The notes below the pieces were generated by a model. It made no database searches and was not told the origin of the DNA. It saw nothing but the letters and a program-made list of their open reading frames with translations. A DNA stretch of 61,206 nt, the filler included. It is 5 parts of 5 records of this genome, joined end to end, with 100 filler letters (N's around TTAATTAATTAA, not from the genome) between each part and the next. Parts side by side here need not be neighbours in the genome. Positions count along the whole stretch, not along the records: positions 5,862 to 15,294 come from SRR22947725_3364; positions 15,395 to 21,274 come from SRR22947725_3367; 3 more parts are not named here. The stretch is one strand, 5' to 3'. Shown piece after piece: positions 9,655 through 20,171 of this stretch (position 1 is its first letter; each line of letters begins with the position of its first letter). Both the position numbers and the translations under genes were made by a program.

Positions 9655-12236
9655 TTTTTTTTCTTTTTCTTTTTCATTTTGTCATATTCTCTTCTTTTTT
9701 CAATTAAAATTAATGCGTCATCCATAGTTAATTCACTAGGATCCTTTTCTTCAGGTATTGTCGCGTTTAAGGATTTGTATTTAATATAAGGTCCGTATTG
9801 CCCTTTCATAATTCTTACAGGTTTTTTATCTTCTGGATGTTCACCCAAATCTTTAATTAATGAAGAAGATATTCTACCAGGTTTAGCTTCAGCTATTAAA
9901 GTTATGGCTCTATTTATTCCTATTGAAAAAAGTTCTTCAACATTTTCAAGTCTAGCAGATTTATTTTCACATTTTAAGTAGGGACCAAATCTTCCTGAAT
10001 TTAACGTGATATCTTTTCCCGAGTCAGGATGTTGGCCAATTATTTTTGGTAGAGAACAAAGAAAATTTGCTTGTTTTAAATCAACGCTATCTATTTCAAT
10101 TCCTTTAGGTATAGAAACATTTTTTAAATGATCATTGGTTCCAGTTTTTTTCTTTCTTTTTTTCTTTTTCTTTTTAACTTTTTCTTCAGCATCTGAATTT
10201 TCTAATTCTTTTTCATATTGTAAATACGGTCCAAATCTACCATTTTTTAAGTATATATCTTTTCCAAATTCATTTTGACCTATTAGTTTTGGTTCGGCAA
10301 GATTGTATTGAGCTGCAGCTTTTGCTTTTGAAAGAGGTCGTGTAAATTTACATTCTGGATAATTTGAACATCCAATAAAAGCCCCACCTCTAAAACTATT
10401 TTTAAGACTAAGTTCTCCACTAGAACAAAGTTTACATTTTCTATCAATTGAGTCTTTAGAATCTCTATCAAATATTAAGGCACCTAAACTTTCATTTAAC
10501 ATATCAAGAACTTCACGTGTTCTTATTTCTTTAACATCTCCGACATTTTTGTAAAAATCTTTCCAAAAATTGTTTAAAACCTCAACCCATTCAATTTTTC
10601 CACTTGTAATCTCATCCAATTGATTTTCTAAATCAGCAGTAAAGTTATAATCAACATACTTTGAAAATAATTTTTCTAAAAATGCTGATATTAATTTTCC
10701 CCTATCAGTAGGATGAAATCTTTTATTTACCTGCTCGACATAGTTTCTAGTAGATAAAACTGATATAATACTTGCATATGTGGATGGTCTACCAATTCCT
10801 AATTCTTCCATTTTTTTAACTAAACTCGCCTCAGAGTATCGTGGGGGAGGGTCAGTAAAATGTTGTTCATCATTAAGTTTGAGTATACTTACATTCTCAC
10901 CAACCTTTACTTCAGGTAATATATTTTTAGTATCCTCATCAGTTTCCTGCACATCATAAACCTTTAAAAAACCCTCAAATTTTATTACTGAACCAGTTGT
11001 TCTAAAATTAATTTTTTTGTCTGATGATGTAATTAAAATTGTATTTCTATCAAATTCAGCTGGATTCATTTGAGATGAAAGAGCTCTACTCCATATTAAA
11101 TCATAAAGTTTATACTGATCTGCATTAACATATTTTTTAATGTCTGCTGGTTTGCGACTGACGTCAGCAGGTCTTATTGCTTCGTGGGCTTCCTGAGCAT
11201 TTTTAGCTTTTTTTCCTGCATAACTATTTGGTTGATCGGGTAAAAAATCTTTTCCAAAATCATTTTCAATTAATTCTCTGAATTCGTTAACAGCTTCTTT
11301 TGATATATTTGTTCCATCAGTTCTCATGTAAGTAATAAGACCTGTTGTCTCTCCTTCAATATCTATACCTTGATATAATCGTTGTGCTATTTGCATAGTT
11401 CTCGAAGCACCGAAACCAAATTTACTAGAAGCCGTTTGTTGAAGAGTTGAAGTTGTAAAAGGAGCTAAAGGATTTCTTTTAAAAACTTTTGTATTAACAT
11501 CTTCAATAGTAAATTTTGATTTATTAATAATATTAATAGCCTCATCCATTTCTTCTTTTTTTTTAAAAGTAAATCTCTCAATTTTATTATTTTCATATAA
11601 ACTAAGTTTAGACGTAAAATTTTTGTTCTTTGTGTTCGTAAAGTCAGAAGTTAACGTCCAGTATTCTTTAGGATTAAATAATTCAATTTCTTTTTCACGC
11701 TCTGTAATTAATTTTAAAGCAACTGATTGAACTCTACCTGCTGATTTTGATCCAGGTAATTTAGTCCAAAGTATAGGGGAAATATTAAAACCTACTAAAT
11801 AATCTAGTGCTCTTCTTGCCAAATAAGCCTCAACCAAAGGAAGCTCTATATCTCTAGGATTTTTTATTGCATTTAAAATTGCAGATTTTGTTATTTCATT
11901 AAAAACAACTCTTTCTAATTCTTTTCCTTTAAGTAATTTTTTAGCTTCCAAAACTTCTTTCACATGCCAAGCAATAGCTTCACCTTCACGATCTGGATCG
12001 GTTGCAAGAATGATTTTAGAAGATTCTTTTGCCGCGTTAGTTATTTCTTTTAAATATTTTTTTGAAAATGAGTCAATTTCCCAAAGCATTGAAAAATTTT
12101 TATCCGGGTCAACGGATCCATTTTTTGATGGAAGGTCTCTTATATGTCCATAACTAGCTAGTACTAAATAATCTTTACCTAAATATTTATTTATAGTTTT
12201 TGCTTTTGCTGGACTTTCAACAATAACTAAATTCAT
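9651..12236 (-). CDS. topA: DNA topoisomerase I
   Basis: MNLVIVESPAKAKTI, ATDPDREGE, SAGRVQS, ITYMRTD, GIGRPSTY, one Zn ribbon and GRFGPY C-terminal repeats; start set at ATG 12236. Confidence 0.97.
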   Translation of the reverse strand: MNLVIVESPAKAKTINKYLGKDYLVLASYGHIRDLPSKNGSVDPDKNFSMLWEIDSFSKKYLKEITNAAKESSKIILATDPDREGEAIAWHVKEVLEAKKLLKGKELERVVFNEITKSAILNAIKNPRDIELPLVEAYLARRALDYLVGFNISPILWTKLPGSKSAGRVQSVALKLITEREKEIELFNPKEYWTLTSDFTNTKNKNFTSKLSLYENNKIERFTFKKKEEMDEAINIINKSKFTIEDVNTKVFKRNPLAPFTTSTLQQTASSKFGFGASRTMQIAQRLYQGIDIEGETTGLITYMRTDGTNISKEAVNEFRELIENDFGKDFLPDQPNSYAGKKAKNAQEAHEAIRPADVSRKPADIKKYVNADQYKLYDLIWSRALSSQMNPAEFDRNTILITSSDKKINFRTTGSVIKFEGFLKVYDVQETDEDTKNILPEVKVGENVSILKLNDEQHFTDPPPRYSEASLVKKMEELGIGRPSTYASIISVLSTRNYVEQVNKRFHPTDRGKLISAFLEKLFSKYVDYNFTADLENQLDEITSGKIEWVEVLNNFWKDFYKNVGDVKEIRTREVLDMLNESLGALIFDRDSKDSIDRKCKLCSSGELSLKNSFRGGAFIGCSNYPECKFTRPLSKAKAAAQYNLAEPKLIGQNEFGKDIYLKNGRFGPYLQYEKELENSDAEEKVKKKKKKRKKKTGTNDHLKNVSIPKGIEIDSVDLKQANFLCSLPKIIGQHPDSGKDITLNSGRFGPYLKCENKSARLENVEELFSIGINRAITLIAEAKPGRISSSLIKDLGEHPEDKKPVRIMKGQYGPYIKYKSLNATIPEEKDPSELTMDDALILIEKRREYDKMKKKKKKK

Positions 12237-12304
12237 TATTCGTTTATTTTCAAAATTAAACGAATTTGTCAAATTTATTATTTAAAAACTAAAAAAGACA
12301 CCAT

Positions 12305-12883
12305 TTATAACTTAATTTTACTTTCTTCAGAATTTTTTAATCGAACTATATTTTCTCGATGTGTGTAAAGGATAATTATAAAAAAAATAAAAAATATCAA
12401 AGAAAAATTGTTATTAAAAAAATATGAACAAACAAAAACAATTAAAGATGAAATGATCGAAGATAATGATGCGTATCTAAATAAAAAAGATAAGACAAGC
12501 CAACTAATTCCAAAGATAAGAAAAAATTTATATGATAAAGCCAATATAACACCTAGGTAAGTAGCAACTCCTTTACCTCCTTTAAATTTTAACCAAACAG
12601 GTAAAATATGACCAATGAAACAAATCAAAGCTGAATATGAAATTAGATTTTCAAAATAAGTAAATGTTATGATGATAGAAAAATATCCTTTCATCAAGTC
12701 GAGTATGAGGGTACCAGCTGCGAGAGATTTCTTTCCTGTTCTTAAAACGTTTGTTGTTCCAATATTTCCTGATCCCATTTTTCTAATATCTTTTTTTAAA
12801 AATATTTTTGTTAAAATTAATCCAAAAGGAATAGATCCTAATAAATAAGAATACACCGCAACTATTATTAAATTTATATCCAT
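12305..12883 (-). CDS. plsY: Glycerol-3-phosphate acyltransferase
   Basis: YLLGSIPFG, GSGNIGTTN, FKGGKGVAT, HRENI. Confidence 0.95.
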   Translation of the reverse strand: MDINLIIVAVYSYLLGSIPFGLILTKIFLKKDIRKMGSGNIGTTNVLRTGKKSLAAGTLILDLMKGYFSIIITFTYFENLISYSALICFIGHILPVWLKFKGGKGVATYLGVILALSYKFFLIFGISWLVLSFLFRYASLSSIISSLIVFVCSYFFNNNFSLIFFIFFIIILYTHRENIVRLKNSEESKIKL

Positions 12884-14172
12884 TATTTTGAATAAACTAG
12901 TTCACCGTTAAGATAGGTCATTAAAATTTTTCCTTGAAGATTTCTGTTTTCTATAGCTGTATTTTTTGATTTAGATTTCAGTTTATCAGCATCTACTTTC
13001 CATGGAGCTTCTAAATCAAATATACAAATATCACCATCTGATCCTTTTGCTAAAGTTCCTTTTTTTATTTTTAATATTTTAGCAGGGTTAATGGTCAAGG
13101 TTTCTATTATTTTATTCAGATAAAGAGATTCATTGTGATACATTTCTAATGCAAGAGGCAGAAGGGTTTCTACGCCAATAGCGCCTGTAGCTGCTTGTGC
13201 GAATGGTAGTCTTTTGCTTTCTTCATCTTCAGGTAAATGATCCGAAACTATTACATCTATTAATCCATCCTTGATACCCTGAACTAATGATAATCTATCT
13301 TCTTCAAGTCTAAGAGGTGGAGATAATTTTAAAAAAGTTTTAAATTCACCTATATCATTCTCATTTAATGATAAATTATTGATTGAGACACCTACGCTAA
13401 ATTTTTTACCATTATTTTTATTTTTTCTAATTACATCTAAAGACTGTTTAGATGAAATTTGATTTATGTGATATCTACAAGGATATTCACTAAGTAAACT
13501 TAGGTCTCTTTCAATTATTATCTTTTCAGCTAGCGCTGATACACCTTGCAGTCCGAGTCTAGTAGCTATTTCTCCATCGTTAATACAAGAATTTTTTGAC
13601 AACTCATAGTCTTCTGCATGTTGCATTATCAAAACCCCAATATCAGAGGCATAATCCATTATTCTAGACATTAGTTCTGTATTTTGAATAGTTTTATTTA
13701 CATCGCTAAAGCCAATTATTCCCCTTCCAGAGAGCAAACCAAACTCAGTCATCAATTTACCTTCACATTGTTTGGTTATTGAAGCACAAGGAAATAGGTT
13801 AACATTGGCTTTGTCTCTTCCTCTTCTAATAATGAAATCTACCATTGAAACGTTATCAATAATGGGTTTTGTATTAGGCATGGTTACTATGGAAGTTACA
13901 CCTCCAGCTAAAGCAGCTTGGCTAAGTGTTCTAAAGTTTTCCTTATATTCATATCCTGGCTCACCAACAAAGGCCTTCATATCAACTAATCCTGGAATTA
14001 AAACATTACCTTTTAAATCAATTATATCAGCATCTTTGTTGGCATCAGTTTTTTTTACATTTTTTCCTATAGCTTTTACTTTTCCTTTCTCATTTAAAAT
14101 TAAAGAACCTACTTCATCCATTTTTTGTGACGGATCTATAATTCTAGCGTTTATAAATATCTTTTCTTTCAT
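12883..14172 (-). CDS. pyrC: Dihydroorotase family protein, likely inactive PyrC'-type
   Basis: PGLVDM..GEPG, GGVT..MPNT, PPLR, SDH; directly downstream of pyrB; the HxH metal motif is replaced by KAF. Confidence 0.85.
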   Translation of the reverse strand: MKEKIFINARIIDPSQKMDEVGSLILNEKGKVKAIGKNVKKTDANKDADIIDLKGNVLIPGLVDMKAFVGEPGYEYKENFRTLSQAALAGGVTSIVTMPNTKPIIDNVSMVDFIIRRGRDKANVNLFPCASITKQCEGKLMTEFGLLSGRGIIGFSDVNKTIQNTELMSRIMDYASDIGVLIMQHAEDYELSKNSCINDGEIATRLGLQGVSALAEKIIIERDLSLLSEYPCRYHINQISSKQSLDVIRKNKNNGKKFSVGVSINNLSLNENDIGEFKTFLKLSPPLRLEEDRLSLVQGIKDGLIDVIVSDHLPEDEESKRLPFAQAATGAIGVETLLPLALEMYHNESLYLNKIIETLTINPAKILKIKKGTLAKGSDGDICIFDLEAPWKVDADKLKSKSKNTAIENRNLQGKILMTYLNGELVYSK

Positions 14173-15117
14173 TTACTTACAGTACCTTTTTAGACAAGCC
14201 ATTCTTACGGCAACACCTAACTCAACTTGTTCTTTTACCAAACTTACATTTATATCGTCAGCTAATTTTGTATCAATTTCAACACCTCTGTTCATTGGAC
14301 CCGGGTGCATAATTAAAGCATCTTTACTTGCAAATTTTAATTTTTCTGGAGTTAATCCATAAAACTCGTAGTACTCTCTTTTTGATGGTAGGAATGACCC
14401 TTGCATTCTTTCATTTTGTAATCTTAACATCATTACAATATCACATCCATCAAGGCCTTTTTTCATATCAGTGAAAGATTTTACACCCATTCTTTCTATT
14501 GATTTAGGCATTAAAGTTTTAGGAGCAATGACGTTTACCTCAGCACCTAACATATTCATCAAATAAATATTTGATCTAGCTACTCTTGAATGAAGTATAT
14601 CTCCACATATTGCAATTTTTAATCCTTCAATTTTACCTTTTCTGTTTATTATAGTCAGCGCATCTAATAAAGCTTGAGTAGGGTGCTCTCTCCTTCCATC
14701 TCCAGCATTAATTACAGCACAATTAACTTTTTGAGATAATAAATTTGGTGCACCAGAGTCTTGGTGTCTAATTACAATTAAATCTGGATGCATCGCATTT
14801 AAAGTCATTGCGGTATCAATTAAAGTTTCACCTTTTTTAAGAGCTGAATTGTCCATATTCATTGTCATTACATCGGCACCTAATCTTTTGCCTGCTAAAT
14901 CAAATGAACTTTGAGTTCTTGTCGATGGTTCGAAGAATAAATTAATTTGCGTTTTTCCCCTTAAGATATCTAATTTTTTTGAGTTACTTCTATTTAATAT
15001 TATGAAATCTTTAGCTTCATTTAAAATATCTTTAGCCTCTAGAATAGATAGGTTTTGGATACCCAGAAGATGTTTAGGAGAGTTTTTAATAGCTGTATTT
15101 TTTTTCTTAACTGCCAT
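14173..15117 (-). CDS. pyrB: Aspartate carbamoyltransferase catalytic subunit
   Basis: [34 protein letters not shown]. Confidence 0.97.
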   Translation of the reverse strand: MAVKKKNTAIKNSPKHLLGIQNLSILEAKDILNEAKDFIILNRSNSKKLDILRGKTQINLFFEPSTRTQSSFDLAGKRLGADVMTMNMDNSALKKGETLIDTAMTLNAMHPDLIVIRHQDSGAPNLLSQKVNCAVINAGDGRREHPTQALLDALTIINRKGKIEGLKIAICGDILHSRVARSNIYLMNMLGAEVNVIAPKTLMPKSIERMGVKSFTDMKKGLDGCDIVMMLRLQNERMQGSFLPSKREYYEFYGLTPEKLKFASKDALIMHPGPMNRGVEIDTKLADDINVSLVKEQVELGVAVRMACLKRYCK

Positions 15118-15147
15118 TAAAATCAACTCTATAGGCGTTTAACGGTA

Positions 15148-15294
15148 TTAGATCAAGTATTTTCTTTAGTTAAGTAATCTAGTGCTCCTTGCAATATAAA
15201 TTGAGCAGAGTTTTGATCTAGTTTGCCAACTTTTTTACTCGTATTAACGCCGAAATCATTGGATAAATTGAAAGCTCCTTGACTGGATAGTCTC
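15148..15294 (-). CDS. ruvX: RuvX/YqgF, C-terminal fragment
   Basis: RLSSQGA...KLDQNSAQFILQGALD; conserved position upstream of pyrB. Confidence 0.8.
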
Positions 15295-15394
15295 NNNNNN
15301 NNNNNNNNNNNNNNNNNNNNNNNNNNNNNNNNNNNNNNTTAATTAATTAANNNNNNNNNNNNNNNNNNNNNNNNNNNNNNNNNNNNNNNNNNNN
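15295..15394. other. Artificial contig linker
   Basis: N-run + TTAATTAATTAA + N-run. Confidence 0.98.
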
Positions 15395-15961
15395 CGCCAA
15401 AAAGAGCCGATGCCGTTGATCGGTAGAACCGTTGACGTTATCGACCTTGGAGAGCCTGTTGCGCAGTGGCTCTCTGAGGCCTTCGGCAAACGGTTACGCT
15501 TAGTCAAAGCCGCGGCAGGCGAGGCTATATCGATTCCACTGCCGGTATTTGCGCGCCTTGAAGGCACGGTGCAATCCAAAACGGTGGATGTCGCGCCACT
15601 TTTATTAGCGAATCAAGCATCACTTGATGATTTAAATCAGCGGCTTGAGGCGCCAGTCCCTATGGACCGATTTCGAGCCAATATCGTGGTCTCAGGACTT
15701 GCAGCCTACGCCGAAGATGCGCTTGATACACTGCGTCTCGGTGAGGTGTCTTTTGACGCCGTGACCGCTTGCGAGCGGTGTGCCGTGACGACCTTTGATC
15801 AAGCCCCAGATGGCGCAAGTGATGTGGCCAGTAAGGAGCCGCTGCGGACCTTGAGCCGCTATCGCCGACGCGAGAACGGCTATGCGGGCGGGGTCATGTT
15901 TGGGACCTATATCGCACCGCTTAAAGTGGGTCGGATTCACGTCGGCGATTACGCTGGGTGA
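15395..15961 (+). CDS. MOSC domain protein (5'-partial)
   Basis: ASLDDLNQRL..MDRFRANIVVSG...EDA, CERC, FG; truncated at contig start. Confidence 0.88.
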   Translation, partial: RQKEPMPLIGRTVDVIDLGEPVAQWLSEAFGKRLRLVKAAAGEAISIPLPVFARLEGTVQSKTVDVAPLLLANQASLDDLNQRLEAPVPMDRFRANIVVSGLAAYAEDALDTLRLGEVSFDAVTACERCAVTTFDQAPDGASDVASKEPLRTLSRYRRRENGYAGGVMFGTYIAPLKVGRIHVGDYAG

Positions 15962-15980
15962 CGCGCAACGCCCGTCATGG

Positions 15981-17138
15981 CTAAAACGATCGCGGCATCT
16001 TCAGGACATGTTCGCCGATGTAACTCAATATCAAATTGGTTGAGATCGGTGCGATTTGGTAGAGGCGGGTTTCCCGAAACTTGCGTTCGATATGATATTC
16101 CTTTGCGAACGCAAAGCCGCCGTGGGTTTGCATGCAAACATCACCCGCTCGCCAAGACGCTTCCGATGCCAGCATTTTCGCCATGTTGGCTTCAGCGCCG
16201 CAAGCCTCACCCGCATCAAATAGGTGTGCTGCTTTTTCAACCATTAACCACGCCGCTTCAACTTCTGTGTAACATCGCGCAATCGGAAATTGCACGCCTT
16301 GGTTTTGGCCGATGGGGCGATCAAAGACGACCCGATCGGTCGCATAGCGGCTTGCTTTATCGATAAAGTACCGGCCATCGCCAACACATTCTGCCGCAAT
16401 TAAAATGCGCTCTGCGTTCATGCCGTCGAGAATGACTTTGAAGCCTTGGCCCTCAACTCCGAGCAGGTTTTCGCGCGGAATCTTGAGATCATCAAAGAAC
16501 AACTCGCAAGAATGGTGATTGATCATGGAATCAATCGGCCGGATCTCGAGGCCGTTACCGACGGCTTTGCCGACATCAACAATGAAGGCGGATAAACCTT
16601 CGGTCTTTTTGTTGGTCTCTTCTTTGGGGGTCGTACGCGCAAGGAGCACCATTAAATCCGAATGCTCAATTCGGCTAATCCAGACCTTCTGGCCATTGAC
16701 CACGTAATGGTCGCCATCCAATCGGGCGGTCGTTTTTAAGCTCGTGGTATCGGTGCCGGTTGTCGGCTCGGTAACGCCAAAGCTTTGAAGCCGCAATTCA
16801 CCGGCCGCAATTTTGGGTAAATAGTACTGTTTTTGTGCTTCACTGCCGTGCCTTAACACCGAGCCCATGACGTACATCTGCGCGTGACACGCGCCTGCAT
16901 GAGCGCCTGCGCGGCAGACTTCTTCCATGATAATAGAGGCTTCATACACGCCAAGACCCGATCCACCATAGGCTTCCGGGATCAAAACGGTGAGAAATCC
17001 GCTTTCGGTCAGGGCTTGAACGAATTCCGTCGGGTAGCCTCGGTCTCGGTCGAGTTCGAGCCAATAGGATTCGCCGAATTTGGCACAGAGTTGTCTGACG
17101 GCGTGACGGATCTCGGTAATGTCGCTGGCTTCAGGCAT
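15981..17138 (-). CDS. Acyl-CoA dehydrogenase family protein
   Basis: GVTEPTTGTD, NGQKVWIS, RVVFDRPIGQNQ, QTHGGF, IERKFRE. Confidence 0.93.
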   Translation of the reverse strand: MPEASDITEIRHAVRQLCAKFGESYWLELDRDRGYPTEFVQALTESGFLTVLIPEAYGGSGLGVYEASIIMEEVCRAGAHAGACHAQMYVMGSVLRHGSEAQKQYYLPKIAAGELRLQSFGVTEPTTGTDTTSLKTTARLDGDHYVVNGQKVWISRIEHSDLMVLLARTTPKEETNKKTEGLSAFIVDVGKAVGNGLEIRPIDSMINHHSCELFFDDLKIPRENLLGVEGQGFKVILDGMNAERILIAAECVGDGRYFIDKASRYATDRVVFDRPIGQNQGVQFPIARCYTEVEAAWLMVEKAAHLFDAGEACGAEANMAKMLASEASWRAGDVCMQTHGGFAFAKEYHIERKFRETRLYQIAPISTNLILSYIGEHVLKMPRSF

Positions 17139-17211
17139 AGGGCGTCGCTCGATGATTTTTAAGTGCCGTAACCCTACCCAAGTCTGCCTCCGGTCTCAAT
17201 AAGGCATTGTC

Positions 17212-18099
17212 TCAAAGAATCTGGGCGCGCTGTAATGTCTCGATGCGTTGCTCTAGCGGCGGGTGGCTGAGAAAGAGTTGACTGATGCTGCTGCGAGACC
17301 CGGAGATCCCAAAGGCTGCAAACTCGCCCGGCAAATCTTTTGGCGCTTGGACCTGCTGAAGTTTTTTCAAAGCGTTGATCATGTTTTGTTTTCCCGCTAA
17401 TCGGGCGCCCCCTTCATCGGCTCTAAATTCACGTCGTCGCGAGAACCAAAGCGCAATCACGGTTGCGATGCACGACAGAAAAATTTGCGTAATGATCGAG
17501 GTGATGAAATAACCCATGCCCAAACCGCGCTGATTCTTGAGAATCACTTTGTCAACAAAAAAGCCAGCAAGGCGAGACAGGAAAATGACGAAGGTATTGA
17601 GTAGGCCCTGCAACAGGGCCATGGTGATCATATCGCCATTAGCAACATGTGCGACTTCGTGCCCTAAAACGGCTTCGACCTCAGCCTGGCTCATCGTGTT
17701 AAGAAGACCGGTCGAAACAGCCACCAGCGAACGGTTACGGGTCATCCCCGTTGCAAAGGCATTGGGTTGCGGTTGTTGAAAGATGCCGACCTCTGGCGCT
17801 TCGATCCCAACCTTTTTAGCTTGGCGATGAACCGTATCAACCAACCAGCGCTCCTGAGCGTTTCCGGGTGTGGTAATCATTTGAACGCCCATACCGCGTT
17901 TCGCCATAAACTTCGACAAGGCGAGTGAGATAAAGGCGCCGCCGAAACCGAAGCAGGCCGCAAAAGCCAACACACCGGCGGTATTAAACCCAGTGCCACT
18001 TTGTACGAGCCAGATATCGAGTCCAATGAGCTGAAAGACAACCCCCATGACCAGCAGAATGCCAAGGTTTGCCGCGGCGAAAATAATAACTCGGAACAT
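17212..18099 (-). CDS. htpX: Zinc metalloprotease HtpX
   Basis: PNAFATG, HEVAH..NGD, FSRRREFRAD, SHPPL; GAGGAG Shine-Dalgarno upstream. Confidence 0.95.
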   Translation of the reverse strand: MFRVIIFAAANLGILLVMGVVFQLIGLDIWLVQSGTGFNTAGVLAFAACFGFGGAFISLALSKFMAKRGMGVQMITTPGNAQERWLVDTVHRQAKKVGIEAPEVGIFQQPQPNAFATGMTRNRSLVAVSTGLLNTMSQAEVEAVLGHEVAHVANGDMITMALLQGLLNTFVIFLSRLAGFFVDKVILKNQRGLGMGYFITSIITQIFLSCIATVIALWFSRRREFRADEGGARLAGKQNMINALKKLQQVQAPKDLPGEFAAFGISGSRSSISQLFLSHPPLEQRIETLQRAQIL

Positions 18100-18333
18100 A
18101 TTAATGACTCCTCTTTGTGGAAATGATTGGGTCGGCTGGTGAAGATTTCAAGGCTTTTAAAAGGCTTTGAGGGCTGGCGTGGATTGCGTTGGATCATCAG
18201 TTGACAATAGTTTGCGCCGGTTTAACCTTTCTTTACAGGGATGCTTACTTGTACGATGTTTTGCTTGGAAGGGGTGTTGGGAGCAGGCCCGCGGAGCGCA
18301 CAATGGATTCAAGCATTGATCTTGAACGATCGG

Positions 18334-18378
18334 TTTGATGACAGCGCCTTTCATGACAGCGCCTTTGACGACAGTGCT
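18334..18378. repeat. 15-nt tandem repeat x3
   Basis: tttgatgacagcgcc tttcatgacagcgcc tttgacgacagtgct. Confidence 0.75.
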
Positions 18379-18487
18379 CATGCGTCCTGCCCCAACGCAC
18401 CGTTTAACGCGCTTGGCATCCAATCAACAGCGGTTGCGGCACGCGGTACTCAATCAATTAATCCATCAATTACCAAGGATTCGGCCT

Positions 18488-19828
18488 ATCAAACAAGAAA
18501 CATTTAAAACGCCCTTAGGGTTCTTAATGGCGGCGGTTGGCTTTGCGGTTGGTCTCGGAAATATCTGGCGCTTTCCTTATATCACTGGTGAAAACGGCGG
18601 TGCTGCGTTTGTACTGGTGTATCTTGCCTGTGTGCTCATTATTGGGCTGCCCATTGTCATGTCTGAGATTGCGCTCGGTCGACGGGGCCAAGGGGACCCA
18701 CTTCAGACCTTCGGCCGACTTGCCAAAGCGTCTGGGGCGGCGCCACTCTGGCGATGGGTGGGTGGTTTGAACCTGTTGACCGCATTTTTAATTATGGCGA
18801 CCTATGCAACGGTTGCAGGCTGGGTGCTCTATTACCTTTGGTCGGCGTCCAGCGGCGCGTTCTCGTCAATCGATGAAATCGCGTCCAACACGTATTTCGA
18901 GACGCTGCTCGCCAGCCCTGTCGTCATGTTTATGTGGATGGCGCTCGCGATGACGCTAACCGGCATCATTATCTCAGGCGGGGTTCAAAAGGGTATCGAA
19001 CGTGCTGTGCGGGTCCTCATGCCCTTGCTGTTCTTGCTCATGCTTGCCCTGGTTGTCTACAACGCTTTTGATCCCAGTTTTTGGGTGGGATGGGACTATT
19101 TGTTTCAAGCCGATTTTTCGAAGATCACCCCGCAGGTCTTTTTAGCAGCAATCGGGCAAGCCTTCTTTTCAATCGGCGTTGCCATGGCCGGACTCATGAT
19201 TTTTGGGGCCTACTTACCGCCAGGACAGTCGATTGTGCGTTATGGGTTTTTGATTATTGTTGCCGATACCGCCATCGCGCTCTTGGCCGGTTTAATGATC
19301 TTTCCATTGGTATTCCGGTATGGATTGGATCCGGCTGGCGGCGTTGGGCTCATCTTCAAAGTGTTGCCCATCGCGTTTGGCCAGCTGCCCTTTGGTGCGC
19401 TGGTCGGCGGCTTGTTTTTCTTGCTGCTGTCGGTGGCTGCGATGACCTCAATGGTTGGGTTTGTGGAGCCGTTGGTTGCCACGCTTGCGCGGTTAACGGG
19501 GATGAGTCGTTTGAAAAGCACTTGGTTAATGGTGCTTTCTTTAATTTTAGTGTCATTGATGAGCATTTTGACCTACAGCGCCTGGTCTAGCCTTCAAATT
19601 TGGGGTCGCGATTTGAACGGGTTGATCGACTTCATCTCCAATCAATTGCTATTGCCCATCGGGGGATTACTAATTGCTATTTTCGCAGGTTGGGTTCTCA
19701 AGCGGGATCAACTTGCCGCGGAGGTGGTCTTTCCCCGGGCTTGGCAGTTTAAGCTTTGGTACGGGCTGCTTAAATACCCGTTGCCCTGTGTTATTTTGGT
19801 GATTCTGATCTCAGGCCTGGCAACCTGA
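18488..19828 (+). CDS. Sodium-dependent transporter, NSS/SNF family (start uncertain)
   Basis: GFAVGLGNIWRFPY, NGGAAF, GQAFFS, multiple TM helices; ORF extends back to 18335 but recognisable family sequence starts near 18488. Confidence 0.9.
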   Translation: MKQETFKTPLGFLMAAVGFAVGLGNIWRFPYITGENGGAAFVLVYLACVLIIGLPIVMSEIALGRRGQGDPLQTFGRLAKASGAAPLWRWVGGLNLLTAFLIMATYATVAGWVLYYLWSASSGAFSSIDEIASNTYFETLLASPVVMFMWMALAMTLTGIIISGGVQKGIERAVRVLMPLLFLLMLALVVYNAFDPSFWVGWDYLFQADFSKITPQVFLAAIGQAFFSIGVAMAGLMIFGAYLPPGQSIVRYGFLIIVADTAIALLAGLMIFPLVFRYGLDPAGGVGLIFKVLPIAFGQLPFGALVGGLFFLLLSVAAMTSMVGFVEPLVATLARLTGMSRLKSTWLMVLSLILVSLMSILTYSAWSSLQIWGRDLNGLIDFISNQLLLPIGGLLIAIFAGWVLKRDQLAAEVVFPRAWQFKLWYGLLKYPLPCVILVILISGLAT

Positions 19829-20171
19829 TCCCAATCGTTGAACGGGGCCGGCGGCAGGGCAGATGAACGCTACCTGGGCAATTGTTGCCTGATCTAAATC
19901 TCCTGGTGGTGGAACCCGCCTCGTGACCCCTTGCGCTGGCCGCGTCAGCCTGTCTTTAGGCGACCCTGCGCCATTTTTCTCTTGAGCGTTTCAACCCCTG
20001 AAATCGCACCAAGTTGGCGGGCAGGGTTTGGGCGGTCGAGCGTTAACGCTGCGCGCAGCAAGCAACGAATGCGTTATCCCACTCGGTCAGGTCGTCGGTC
20101 GTGCTTCATGGACGTTGTGCTGACACGGAATTTGTCAGAGACTGGGCTGTCTTCGCGTAATTTGGTAGTCA

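Noticed and set aside
9651-10190. Poly-lysine tracts in TopA
   Set aside because: Basic C-terminal tails are common in this type of TopA and are amplified by AT-rich codon bias; the frame is intact.
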